Shown in pieces: positions 38,855 to 51,940 of a stretch of DNA of 64,000 bases. A program made the position numbers and the translations under genes. The stretch lies in assembly GCF_020745735.1 (NCBI RefSeq), contig NC_083445.1, forward strand, positions 9,548,001 to 9,612,000, in the 5' to 3' direction. The stretch's first letter is position 1. Each line of letters starts with the position of its first letter. The notes beneath the pieces were generated by a model. That model was not told the DNA's origin, did no database searches, and saw only the letters and a list, made by a program, of their open reading frames with translations. The DNA comes from Hemiscyllium ocellatum. Lineage: Eukaryota.

Positions 38855-38946
38855 AAAAATGAGGTCTGCAGATGCTGGAGATCACAGCTGCAAATGTGTT
38901 GCTGGTCAAAGCACAGCAGGCCAGGCAGCATCTCAGGAATAGAGAA
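38855..38946 (-). mobile_element. PLE 3'-terminal fragment, same subfamily as the 35.4-37.5 kb element
   Basis: gctgcaaatgtgttgctggtcaaagcacagcaggccaggcagcatctcaggaa is identical to 35412-35465, with ~30 nt of extra terminal tail. Confidence 0.8.
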
Positions 38947-39082
38947 GTAGATCCGGTAGTGGAGTAGAAAACTCTAGGGGCTTTAGCTGAGGTAGACAAA
39001 CAAATGTTTTCCCATTAGCTGATAGTAAAGCATGAACAGACTGAGAATTTAAACTTTGGGCAAGAGATGCAAGGAGATGTGA

Positions 39083-39545
39083 CTGGACCAGTAATCCAGA
39101 ACCAGAGGTTAGTGCTCTTGGGATGACGATTCAAATCCTACCATGGCATATGGTGAAAATTGAATTTGCTTGCATTTTTAAGAAAAACATCTGGAATTAA
39201 AACACTAGCTTGCTGGTGATTTGCATAAAAACCCATCTGGTACACTCATATCCTTTAGGGAAATGTGGATATTAGCTGTTTTTAACCTCTTCTGGCCTAG
39301 GACTCCAGACCCACAACAATGTGTTTGACTTCTAACTGCCTTCTGAAACTATCCAGCGAGCTAATTGGTTGTATCAAACTTCCACAAGGACTAAACAAAG
39401 GCCAAACAGCACTGTGGGTGTTCCTACACAGCAAAGAGTTCAAAAAGGTGGCTCAGCACTGTTTTCTCCAGAGCAGTTAGTGGATGGTCAATAAATGCTG
39501 ACAGGGCCGATGAAGACCACTGCCCATGAATGAATTAAAAGAAAT
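39083..39545 (+). mobile_element. SINE family A copy
   Basis: ctggaccagtaatccaga...aaacccatctggtacactcatatcctttaggg...ctccagacccacaacaatgtg...caataaatgctg. Confidence 0.7.
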
Positions 39546-42500
39546 AACTCTTTTGCATTGTGAGTGACAATGCCCTGGAAGTCATTGCTGGTGGAATTAG
39601 AAAGACTGGGTAACTTTAAAAAGAAACTGTTCAAGAAAAATAATCTTCTGGGGCTACAGAATATAGCAGCGGAAATGGGATTGACTGCGTTTCTGTGCGA
39701 GGAACGGGTATGAACTAGATGGATCAAATAGTCTCTTTCCATGAAGTAAATGGCTATAAGATTGTATGACTCTATGATCATGAATATAGAAGCTATAATC
39801 CTCACTGCTAGGTCAAGTGGTCTAAGTTAGGCCAGGAAGTAAAGTCACCATAATCCCAGAGGACCATCGGACAGTTCTGTCATTACAGGGAGACAACTTG
39901 TGGTGGTTTAAGCGAAGGAAGAGGTTGAGAAAATAAGTCTTTTCTGGTAACTTCAGCCCCTGTGGGAATTGATTTGCATCACTCTGCATCACAAACTGGT
40001 CATCCAGCCAACTGAGGTTGCCTCAAGGTGACATTATATAAAGTCACTTATAGTTATTGACAAAATAGTGTCTGAAAATGCTTGATGACCAGACAATTGA
40101 AGTTCTATTGTACTTGGAAACCTCAGAACCTATAAATGTGGCATGGGCTGGTGTAAAGTCAAACACACTGGAGTAACTGAAGAGAGATCATTTAACACAA
40201 CAGGTCCTTTAACAGTGCTAGGATACAGAAAGCTTTGTATCTGCTATTGCTATGTACCATATGCTGTAACAAAATCAGAATACTGATAGCAATGAAGGAG
40301 ATCAAAGAACAAATGTCAATATTTATAAGCAATTAATTAGTGATGGAGGGGCTGAGATCTCAAAAGCAATTTAATTGTTCGGAGGAATGTCTTCAGTAAA
40401 ATCATAAAAAAGTCAACTCTTCTCTCCCTTTGCCACCAAGATACTTCGACAGGAGTGTTACCAAACAACATGTAAAAACCTAGCTGTATTAGGAGATATT
40501 AAAATGTTGATGACTAATCCCTTGGCTGATTGGGTAATAATGAATGTATTAAAATGGGAGAGTGAGTTGGAGAGGCAGAGAGATTTACAAAAGGAGCTCC
40601 AACTCCAAGGCAGCTGAATGTCTGGCCATGAGTAGTGAAGTGATCAAGTTCAGTACACAGGATGCCCAATTTGATGGAAAATGGAGATCGGGTACAAGTC
40701 ATCGAGACCGTGGATTGATCTGGAAACATTGTTAAGGGTGTGAGAAAATGTAAGCCACTAAACAAAACAGTGATAGGTAAATAGGGCTTAGTACGAGTTA
40801 GGATGTGAACTTTATCCCAATAAATAAACCCGTCCTAATGTACATCAACAGATGCCTCGTGTAAACTGGTGTCACAATGGTGTTGAACATTCATGGGCCT
40901 TGGCTGCAAAGTATTTTTAAGATCTTTTCCTGTTTAATTAGGAGGCAGAAAATCACCTTTGAAAAACTGGGAGGGACCTGTTGGAGAACCCCTGGGTGTC
41001 ACCAGGGATGTAGATTGAAATCTCCCAAACTCACCCCCGTGTTATGAGAAGTTGTTAAGCAAGAGGTCGGATGCTTCTCTGGATTTTAAAGAGACCACAT
41101 GGAATTAGGTCTTTCCAGCTAGTCTTTCCTTATAGTTGGCACTGGTTGTTGTAAAGTCACCATAAACCTTCTGGATCATAGGACTACTCTCTAATTAGAG
41201 CGAGACAATTAGAGATTGTTTAACCTGAGGGTCACTACACTGCAGGGGAGAGGCTGAGAAGGGGAATCTGGAATGGTGATCTCAGCCAGTGTGGGAGTAG
41301 AACCAATACAGTTGGCATTACTCTGCCTTCCAGCCAACTGAGCTAATCGACATGCCCACACCCCTTTTGGTACAAAGCAATAATGAGATGCTTTTTGGGA
41401 TGGAGAGTCAGCAAAAGGTGGAAACAAAAGCAGAGCATGTCTTTGGAATAGACTAAACATTCAAGCAAAAACTGAACAACAAGGAATTAACATTGCATCG
41501 TTCACACATCTGCTTCACATATTTCTGAATGGTTCCACTTAATCAGCAAGTGCTGCTGGTATCATTAATGGCCTCAAAGCCCAAGGGTGTGAGGCAGTAG
41601 AGTTAACACAGAGGCCTTTAACTGAATGATTCTGGAGTTTGTGGTTATATATAAAGTAGTCAAAAACCACTCCCAGCAGTCAGGCGCAGTAACTCCATTA
41701 GGCCTCTGTTTTTCCCTGATGACCACAAGAAATGTTGGAACAAATTGTATGTTTCAAAACTTGACAAATGTGCAAAGAATTAAGCAGAAATTACAAAAAA
41801 AATTGGTTTCAATGAGGAGAGTGCCAACCATGATTCCCAATCACTGCCTGACTCTCACGAGATCTGAGACTGTGAGACTCTTCAAAAAAGATACAGAGCA
41901 TAATTAACTGATCAGGCAACTCAATCCTCTGACTCCCTAATCCTGGAACAGTGATCTTAGATATATCTTTCAGGAAGATGTTGGGTATAAGCTTTGCTTT
42001 TAATTATTCTTTCATAGTATGTGGCCATGACCGATAGGGCCAACAACTATGGCCCATCACTAACTTCCCCTTGAGAAGATGAGCCACCTGCCAGGTCCAT
42101 CTGCTCTCTATAGTCGTTTGGCACAATTGGATGATTTGCTGGGCCATGTATAGTCAACCACACTGTCAGGAGTCACATATAGTCCAGATCAGGTAAGGGT
42201 TGCACATTGCCATTAGTAACTGGTCCAATTGATGATGGTTTTATGGAATGTGATAAACCCTTGGCATTTGTTCATGCCAAGAACCTCCACATAGAGTCTA
42301 TTAACATAGCAGGCTTGATGTACTGCAACTCTCACATGGTTCTTGCTGATAAGTAAATTCTCCCTTTATTACTGCCTGCCATGTTGGAACAGAGGAACAG
42401 GAGTAGACCATTCAGCCCCTTGATCCTGTTCCACCGTTCAGTGGGAACATGGCTGATCTGTGGCCTACCTCCATGTGCCATAGCAGGCATTTTAGCTGAA

Positions 42501-42732
42501 TTTACAGATTGATAAGGCTGCGTTACTACACATCTCCCTTGGCCATAAGTCCAGGAGTGAGACTCAAACCGGGTGCTGCTGTCTCAGAGGCAGGGGCACC
42601 ACCCTCAGCACAAGTTTTTCATTACATGACTACCTTTCAGTGCTAGACTTCGTCAATTAATTTCAAATTTCACCAGCTACTATGGTAGCATATGAACCCC
42701 TGTCACCAACAGACAGGACCTCTGGATTTCTA

Positions 42733-42901
42733 AGTCAAGATTAGAGTTGTACTGGAAAAGCACAGCAGGTCAGGCAGCATCTGAGGAGCAGTAAATAGAC
42801 ATTTCGGGCAAAAGCCTTTCATCATCGATTTTCCTGCTGTGCTTTTCCTGCACCCTTCTAATCTCGACTCTGATCTCCAGCATCTGCAGTCCTCACTTTT
42901 G
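42733..42901. mobile_element. Miniature PLE fold-back element (family 1)
   Basis: Inverted pLTR arms (gaaaagcacagcagg / cctgctgtgcttttc); 14-bp TSD cctctggatttcta (42719-42732 and 42902-42915); inserted in a SINE. Confidence 0.85.
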
Positions 42902-43899
42902 CCTCTGGATTTCTAGTCTAGTGACATTAACACCATCTCTCCCATCCTGGTGGCGCCTTGCCCACACACAAACTTTCCCAGGATAGTTAAACCAGGGTAG
43001 CTACATCTTTTTGGAGAAGTGGGAGGGTTCCCAGTCTGGGGCCATATACAACTGGGAGGAACCGAAGCCAGTGTTAGAGACCTTTGAAGAAATGTGAAAG
43101 TGGCACTGTGTGAATTTTTGTTCCATTTCCAGTTTAGTTTGAAGGTGATCAGACATCTTTAATGCAAAGGTATATTATGGAATTATACACACTTCCATCC
43201 CCCCAGGACCACAGAGTGTGGCTTGCCCAGGACATATAAGAGCCTCCACCCGCCTCCTCCACATCCCCAGAGCCCTATAAATATGCTCCCCAGGAGCTGG
43301 TTAAACTGGCTCCTGAAGCTTTGAGCACTGGATGCTCTGCATATTACAGAGCTGCACTGTCAGAGGCCTGGATGTAGGTTAGCTGACAAATCTATCAGCT
43401 GATCACCAGAACACCCAAAAGTGGCTCTGTGTGCTATTTTTAGTAACAGGTTGGTGGAGATTCCGAGCTGTCCCATGTCACTTTAGACTTGTTTTTACTG
43501 CGTTAACAGATCGAAATACACCGACCAGAGTGTTCGTGTATAAAACAGCAAGAGGCAAGTCAAACGCCAATAAAAACAGGCTAAAAGACACCAATAAAAC
43601 CTGGTCACTGACAAATAAAATACCCAGTTCCTTCAAAGTAAAGTTTAATTGTTATTCTAAGATAATGTGTTTTTTAAAAAAAACTTTCAATGTGTACTGA
43701 CAATAAACCTGGAATTAAAACAGGGAGAAGTTCATCTTGTGCATGTGAGTTAGTTGGTGCTGAACTTAACAAGTGAATACCGTGTTCCTAAGTTTGTACC
43801 TGGCAGCTAAGGAGTGGTGTTCATTTTTTTTAAAAATAAGACTAACCCCAAAGCTCAACTGCTAGTCAGTTACAGCTTAGGCTCACACCCAGGCGAAAT

Positions 43900-46207
43900 C
43901 TCGACAGTTGATAGTGTGGCAGTGAGGATGTGGAACTGCACGGCCACACGCACACACACACGCAGGTCTCAGAAACGGCTAAAAGCAGCGAAACCTCTAC
44001 CGAGAGCTTCAGAGTGTGTTCGTCACAATCTGCCTCACAAAGTCCGTTGTCGCCATCTCCTCACCACCCTCACCTCACCTCCCCCCCCCTCCCCCCGCCA
44101 CTGCCAAACACACACACACACACACAGACTCACAGACTCAGGGCGGCTGAAAACACAAAAGTTGTGAATTTTGTTGACGCTGCCCTCCTCAGATTGAAAG
44201 AGGTCACACATGAACCGTTTAAGAATGTTTTTGTCAACCTTATTAGAGACGTTGTTACACACCTCGAGAGCAGGTGAACCCAGGCCTCCTAGCTTAGAAG
44301 TTAGGGACGCTAATATTGTGCCAATAGAAAGCTTAGGATAGTAGCGTTGTCAGGACTGTGATTAACATGGGAGAAACGCAGCATTTTTTTTGCTTCCTCT
44401 CAAAGCGGTACACGAAGCATTTTAATCAGCTTTTAATGGCAAGTGGAGCGGAGGGGGAGGTGGGCGCTAGAGAGGAAGGTTGAGGGAGGCAATGAGCTCA
44501 CGTCCTGCCCTGTGCTGGGTATCTGCAAACCCCCTTTTGCCCCTCCGAGGAAACCAGAGACTGCTGCCAGCTGATCTGTCCTTTGCTCTTTCCTCTCCCT
44601 CCCTCTCTCTCTCACACACACACATGCACACACTTTTTCTACTGTCGTAATGCTGCCCGTGACCAGCCTGGAAACGGGTACCAGGGATCCTGGGCAGCTG
44701 ATTTACATCTCGGGTTGGAAAGAGAGGCAGGAGCGGTAGACGTGACTCGTACGATAGTGGGGAGGAGGTGGGAGGTAATTTTTTGCAACAACACATACAC
44801 AAATGGATTTCAGCTCTAGATGAGCTCGCTCCAAAACCTTCCCAAGCTCTATAAATGTAACTTATTTGAAGCCAGAAAGAGAGGTGGGGGGGGGGGGGGT
44901 ATCAACAGCCTTTTTTCCAATTCTCATTGTCCCCTTTCAACATACACAAAAAAAGACATTTTTCAGGCAGTACTTTACAAATCCCTAATGCAAGTTACGT
45001 ACAGTTGCAATCGATGGTATCCACTTCTCTATATATTTTTAAAGGCAAGGATTTCGGATACTTATATTTTAAAAAAAGTTGAGATATGAATGCCTTCTTT
45101 CAAGTATAAAGCGGCATAATGACTTTGACGAACAAAACGCAGCGATTGCAGCCAGATTGCAGCTCCCTCCCTCCCTCTCTCTCCGCACTAGCAGCACAAA
45201 CCCCGGGTTCTGCAGGCTGCAGGAGCGGCGCGTTACTATCTCTGTACGCTTGCCAAATTCCACTCCCTTCTCTCTCTCTGTCTCTGTCTGAAAGCGGGAG
45301 AGAGTTCTCTCCAGAGAGCAAAAAAAAACCGGAGCTGTGTAAACACCGTCTATTCCGTTGTGTTTTCTTTATGGAGGAGGTGGAGTGGGGGTGGGGGGAG
45401 CGTTCGACGAGAGAAAAGTTTCCATCCGAACTCAAGTTTTGCTCGTATTCGCTTCACATGGACAATACAAATGATCGGAGAGAAACGGGAATGCGATTAG
45501 AGGGAGAGGGAGAGAGCATTACTGCCCTAAATTTTAAAATAAATAAAATATTATTTTTGTATGTGTGTTTTCGTTGAACGTAGAGGGAGGGGAGATTACT
45601 GGAGCTCTGATGACTCCCATTACAGGGAGAGCGAATCGTCAGACAGAGAGGAACGCAAGCGGCGGTGTCACTGCCTCTCAGGGAAAGGGAGCCGTCTGTT
45701 TCCGAGTGCCTCATATCGTCCAGCGATCTTTGCAAAGTTTGACAAGTCGAACGCCACTGCCGGGGCTGTATTTTCCTCTCATTTTCGCTTCCTCTTCTAC
45801 CCACCCCCTTCTTTCTCTCTCTCCCCAAGTCAACATTGCCAGGTTAGTTTCATTACGTCACGTGTAGCTGGCCACCTCCTCCCCCCCAAAAAAACAGCAG
45901 AGAAAGTTTTTGACAACAATCTTTGCGGTGAATTGTGCTTTCTTCTGTGTGCTGCCCGTGTTGTTAAAGGCTGGGAAACGGCAGCGTGCATAGTACAGCT
46001 TGTATTTTTTTTCTCTCTCGTCTACTCTTTTTCTCTGTCTCTCTCTCACACATACACAGACACACACACACTCACAGGCTTCAACGTTGTGTTAACTTTC
46101 GCTTTCAGAAGTTCAAGGCCGGGGTTACAGTTCAGGATGGAAAATAGACTCCTGCACAGAGTCTGAAACCGGCTTTCTAACACAACTCATTCTACACCGC
46201 AGTAACT
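43900..46207 (+). promoter_or_regulatory. CpG-rich promoter/5'UTR region of the NFI gene
   Basis: CpG retained, (CT)n/(CA)n tracts, no recognisable TEs. Overlapping CRE-like TTACGTCA (45853-45860) and E-box CACGTG (45859-45864) lie about 350 bp upstream of the ATG. Confidence 0.7.
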
Positions 46208-46234
46208 ATGTACTCCCCGCTCTGCCTGACTCAG
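46208..46234 (+). CDS. NFIA: Nuclear factor I family gene, first coding exon (MYSPLCLTQ), most like NFIA
   Basis: ATG TAC TCC CCG CTC TGC CTG ACT CAG followed by the donor gtaatg (phase 0), with A at -3 (actATG). Matches the conserved NFI exon-1 peptide (NFIA MYSPLCLTQ; NFIX MYSPYCLTQ; NFIC MYSSPLCLTQ; NFIB MMYSPICLTQ). Sits in a CpG-rich, TE-poor region. Paralogue assignment rests on only 9 aa. Confidence 0.85.
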
Positions 46235-49200
46235 GTAATGATCTTTGGCTCCGCTGGATTTATTTACAATTATTTTCTTTTTCTACATAAAATAAGATAG
46301 CATATATTGTATGCAAAATGCGATTGTTTTACTTTTGTTCCAGTCTGTGCGTCTCTCTCCCATCCGCATCACACGCCTCCCCCCTCCCTTCCGCCACCCT
46401 TCCTTCCCTGGTTTTTTGTGTGTGTGTTTTTCGTCTCTCTCTCTCTCTCTCTCTTCGGAATGTACATTGACGGCATCAATCCAGATTCCTCTGTATTCCG
46501 GCACATGGCTGTCATTACAGAAAATGGCGGTTACCCCAAATTTATACAAATTTATTTCCAATCTGGAATAGCAGCCTCAATGTCAGTGCTACAGAATAGA
46601 GAGGGAGAGAACCAAGAAACAAGGCGGACGTGTCTGAATTATTGCTAACTTGTCTGCAGTTGAATTTTGAAATGGGCGTAAGGCCTGTGTTTGTATTGTT
46701 CCTCTGTACTCTTTTCAGGAGTGGGGAATTTGACAGGAGTTTGCTGTGTTCTTAGAATTCTAACTGTCAGTTGTGGCGTGGTCTGGTCTGTACGGTATTA
46801 GGTAACAGAAATGCATGTGTTTTTTTAAGAAGGCCGATTCCGAGCTGAATGTATCTGGCAGTGTCGCTCCTCATTGTGACGAGTGTTTCTGTGCTGTTGT
46901 AGGAAGTTATGTAAAAGTTATACTAACATTTAAAAAAATAAGAAAACAAAGCTGCCGTGGATCTCTCAATATCGAAACTCACCCCAGAAATGTTTTGCGT
47001 GAAATATAAATCCAGTGACTTTGAAATTGTAGTGTATTTAAAAATATATCTATATAATCCTTGCGCTGATACTGATACTGGGTATTGTATGGGAATGGGA
47101 CAGTATAACGTGCCTATTTAGCAGATGTATGTGGGACTTGTGGTCTCGTCGGTTTCAGTTAATTGATTTTCTTTTCACGGTGACAAGCAGTTCACTCGGT
47201 GTAGGAAGCATCCAGTAGAACCGGAATTGCTGAACTCCCTATCCTTCTTCACTGACACTGTACATCAAAGGACACCTTTCTGTCCAGCGCTGGCTTGTTG
47301 TACATTAAGAGCTGCCAACCCCAAACTTTATAACCGGGGACCGAAAGTTTAAAATTAAATCGAAAGCAGAAAAAAAAAGTGGAGATGCTGACGAGCAGTT
47401 GCTAAGCATCTTTGGAGGGAGAAACGTTAACTCAGTGACCTCCCCATGTTCAGCATCTGTAGTATTTTGTTTTACTTTTGCATGGATATTACCTCCTTTC
47501 TCGTAGGTACCAAATCGAGACTTTGGATAGTAAAAATAATCTTGAACACCCGAAATTCCAGCTTTTTTGTGTATCTGAGAGACTCATTTTGGTTGTTGTC
47601 AATTAGTTATAATCCCTTTCTTTAAGAAGCAAGGTATAAAGAATCTAATAACGCTCAATTTGCCCGTTTGATCAAAGTCATTCCTTCAAAATTACAAAAC
47701 TGTGGCGTGAACCTCGCAGCGGTTATGGGATCGTTGGCAATTTTGAATTTGCAATTGCTTGTTGTTAGCAAAGATTTACACAGCTACCCCACAACCCCCT
47801 CCCGCTCCATATGAAAATCCGATAAAATAATAACCGCGTTTGCAACACCGGCTCATCCAACAGATCCTGCGGTGTGTGATACAATGCAATGGTCATGAGA
47901 ACACACAGATGAAGCTCGTTAATAGGCTGTTTATATTTTCAAGCCCTGTCTTCCAATTTATGAAAAGGAAAACTGACTTTTAAAAAATGCCCTAATAAAA
48001 AGTGTGCTCTGAAGGAAAATAAACCTTGAGGAGCGAGAGCGGAGGCGGTGAACACCTGGGTCCTCACAGACTGTTATTTTAAATCTGCCAGTGTATCTCT
48101 CCGTGTTCTCTACAGAGTTCAGACGGAGGAGGTGACGCTAAATCGTGCTATATTAACATTTGAAAATAAAATCGCGCTCTCTTGAACTTTTTTTCAATAA
48201 GGCGTGCAGGTTTTTTTTTAAATTCAGTTTTCACTTGCAAATATATCAGACCTTTGAGTTTTGTCACTGAAGCATTGTTCTGGTACATGCGGGTCCGATT
48301 ATGTATCCCACTTACTTAATTGCTTATTCATTAATTAATAAGTGACGGTAGTGATTAATTCCCTATTTGTGACAAAATATGAATTAATAATGCGTAAGAG
48401 CCTTTTGAATGGTCGCGGTGCCTAGATATATATTGAAATGTGGTTGTGAGGAATGGTATGAATTCAACTTTTTTTTCCCTGACATAAATTCGAATCTGCC
48501 AGCTACTTCATTCGGGAATATTTGGACGAGGGTAAATGTGTGTTTGCGAAAGCGCTGCTCTGTTTAACTCCTTCTGTGCTGGACTTAGTGGGTCTCCCCA
48601 GAACCATCAGATGTTACGAAGGACTAATTCATTGCGCCTTACATGTTACACTGGGGATCGTGTGTGAGGGTATAACTCCAGTCTTGATTATCACGGCTAC
48701 ACTGTCCACTGTGATGTCCTGCGCTGGGGATACTGGAGAAAGCAGGGGATGAGGGAACACGTGCAGTTTTTGCAATGATGGAAGTGCACAGCCCCATTTC
48801 ATGATCACTGTCCTGACTTTGTGTATCAGCGGCCCCTTCCTCTTGGACCAATAAGTCCCTCACTGGGGTACCATAGGTTATCCAATTGCATTTCACCCAA
48901 GGATGTTTTGTTAACAGAGTAGAGGGAGACGGTGGGAACATGCCTCAGTCGCCTCTTATCTGAGCCAGGCATTGTCTTAAGCCCGGGATTCCCCGTCGGC
49001 GCTCAATGGCAGGCTATTCCACTGGACGGGGATTCACATGTAAAAGATGAATGGGGGAGGGGCAAGATGGAGGTGGACCAACCACGCTCGGCCCAAACTG
49101 GAACGGAAGCGGAACTCCGGCCGTTTCTTTTACCCCTGACTCCACATTCTCCCCTTTCCTCACTCTTTTGACGAAATCGGGGGGTGGGGGTGGAGGGCAG

Positions 49201-49379
49201 TTATCACACTCTTAGTACCAACCCTGTCCCGAAGATTCAGAGATGAGATGTGAGGATTGCGTATGCTTATTTTTTGTAATAACTTGGGAGACAAGTTGGG
49301 GGGAAGGGTCTTTTCCTCATCGTTTTCCTATTGCGTTTGAAAATGGTTGTGCTTGCAGCAGAATTAAAAAAAATACAAA

Positions 49380-49696
49380 AATACGCCTTCAGAAGGATAA
49401 TATACTATCATGAAATGGCGAGGGATGTTCAAGTTCTATGTCAGAACCCAGCGGAACTTTCTTTTCAAAGTTTTAAGCTCTAATATCGATTCGCTTCCTC
49501 GATAACCAGGGATTATTGTGAGAGGCATAAAACTATAAAGAGCATCGATTTCTGTAGCGATTATGCTGATTCCCTGAAAAATAATTGAGATATATGTCTG
49601 AGTTGAGAGTGCGAGGTTAGTTTATAGATTAGGTGTTTGTCAGTACACGTGTGGTAAAGAAAAAAGTCTGAATACGCCTTCAGAAGGGTAATATAC
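49380..49696. repeat. Pair of 26-bp direct repeats, 291 bp apart
   Basis: aatacgccttcagaaggataatatac (49380-49405) and aatacgccttcagaagggtaatatac (49671-49696); 1 mismatch. Confidence 0.85.
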
Positions 49697-50599
49697 ATTC
49701 GCTGGCCATTGGTTCAGTGGATGAATTATTCCAGATTTCTGTTAGAACCTCTTATTAAATCAGCCAAGGAATTTCGTGCGCCTGTGTTGTGTTCCGCTCC
49801 GAATGGTTCAGTTACTGCAAAGAGACGAGGTATAACGGGATACGTACAGTTTGGGCAAAAAACAAATCCCCGGCATTTCCAAACCATTCATCCCAAATCA
49901 GCGGACAAAGGGAAGGGTTTTCAACTGCGGCATTTTGCCTTTCCTCCCCAATGGGACCCTACACACCTCTTTCATTATATTTGCCAACATTTTTTTTGCC
50001 CCTGTTAGATTGTTAGGCTTGTGTGCAAATGAAACAAATGAAGGCACCCTCTTCTCGTTTCCCTTTAAAAAAAGCCTGCGGTATTTTTGTTTTGTAAGGG
50101 GGCTGTGAGCGGCAAATTACATTCTTATGAATTTTTCACTTTAATCGTCCTCCCCAGTACCTGGTACATTTTCTCCTCTCTGTGTTGGCACTCAAAGAGG
50201 TGGGGATTGTAATGGTTTGCCTTCAGAATACAATGGCATTGCGTATTATATGGAGAATAGCAGATGGCGAATTATAGGGTAGAACACACTCGAGGGGTCT
50301 TCGTCTGCTGAAACCACCGGCAAGTGTCAAATGTACATGATTCATTATCAGTCCAAATTCTCTGTTGAGCTATTGCATGTTTTTTTTGGTGGAGTTGGAG
50401 GTGGTGTTGCGTTATTTTACTGGCGAACCTTTCTGCTCAGGGTTATTTCAATCACCAATCTTTCTCTCCTTCTTTCCCCTCTCCACCACCAATGCTCTCC
50501 TGACGAGGTTACCTCTCTGCTGGGTGGTTTCCGCTTCATGCTGATCTCCCTACTTCATGCTCCGCTCAGTGAATACCATTGGTGCCTCTAAGCCTAAAG

Positions 50600-51110
50600 G
50601 TTTAACTTTCAAAGTGGGGCAAGGTTCAAGTCCCTTCTCCAAATCTCTTAGTGCAAAACCCAGGTCCTAGTGCAGTAGGGAGGAGTGCTGCTCTGTCTGA
50701 GATGCCGCTTTGGGTGAAAATATTACTCGGAGACCCTGTGTGCCCTCTCATGAGAGATCCCATTGAGGTATTTTAAACAAGAGTATGGGAGTGGGAACGT
50801 GGGTGTGTGGTCACATCTAATACGCTGGGTTAGATATAGTTCTTCCGACTAAAGGGATCAAACGGTATAGGGTGAAAGTTGTAACAGGGTGCTCGGTCTA
50901 ATGATCAGCTATGATCCTATTGAATGGTGTAGCAGGTTTGAAGGACCAAATAGCCTAGTCCAGCTTCTATTTTCTATGTTTCTCCACAGTGACCTTGCCA
51001 ATACTTATTTATCAACCAAAACCACGAAGGCAGGTTATCTGGTCTCTGTAGCATTGCTGTTTGTGGGAGCTTGCTGCGCACTATTTGGCTGTCACCTGGC
51101 ACTCTAAGGG
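50600..51110 (+). mobile_element. Deu-domain SINE split by a CR1 3' fragment (~50790-50985)
   Basis: ggagtgctgctctgtctgagatgccgctttgg...agatcccattgagg; resumes at gaccttgccaatacttattt...ttgctgtttgtgggagcttgc. Confidence 0.65.
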
Positions 51111-51429
51111 TGACCATGTTTCAACATCACAGGTAAAATATTTTGGGAAATGTTGAGACAGAGAAAGGTCCCATGGTAACGCAGGGTTGTTTGATTGCAT
51201 GACAAAGTTTAGATTTGACCAGGTGGTTAGCACATCCACCCTACTTTTACCTTTCCAGCATTAGTTACTTGATGACAATCACCCAAAGTGTTCACAATTA
51301 TTCTGGTTGATCACATTCACCAAGGTCGTTGATGTGAAACATGAACTTTTGTTTCTCTCTCCAGAGATGCGACCCGACCTGCTGAGTATTCCCAATACTT
51401 TCTGAATTTATTTCTGTAGTGCATTCAAT

Positions 51430-51940
51430 AGCTTTATTGTTGTACAACACACTTGCTTCACCAGACTAGTCCAAAATCCATTGTGTACCCTACATCAAAT
51501 CTGTCGTCCAGGATATGACTTTCTCATTATGGCATGAAAAATGTTTGATGTTGCAAGCCTTCTTTTTGTTCAGTATTTCCAGATTCTCGTCTCTGTTTTC
51601 AAATCCCTCCAGCTTTAACCTCTCCACCATCTCTGTAATTTCCTTGAGCCTGCACATTTCTGGATATCTGCACTCCTTCCATTCTGGCCTCTTGTACATC
51701 TCCACCTTTCATCGCTTCACCGTGCTTTTGTTGCCTAGGCAAAAATAAATCTCTGGAAGCCCCTTTCTCTAACTCTCTCACATCTACCTCTTTCTCCTCA
51801 TTAAAAACCATCCTTAAAATCTTTTCTATGTGGAACATTTCTGATTACTTGCCGTAATATTTCCCATGTGGCTCAGTGTCAAATTTTTGTCTGATTATAT
51901 ACCTTGGGACTGTTTACCCTTCTGGATATACAAATTATTG
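51430..51940 (+). mobile_element. L2-like LINE 3' fragment
   Basis: agattctcgtctctgttttcaaatccctcc...ctgcactccttccattctggcctcttg. Similar remnants at ~33820-33965 and ~56850-57200. Confidence 0.55.

Noticed and set aside
43930-46166. 100-200 aa ORFs in the NFI promoter region; donor-like sites at ~44273 and ~45016
   Set aside because: No recognisable protein. The 44273 site has an in-frame stop and no phase-0 ATG, and ATG|gtatcc is a weak donor.
43900-47000. Autoregulatory full NFI site (TTGGC-N5-GCCAA)
   Set aside because: Only half-sites seen by eye; no full palindrome found.
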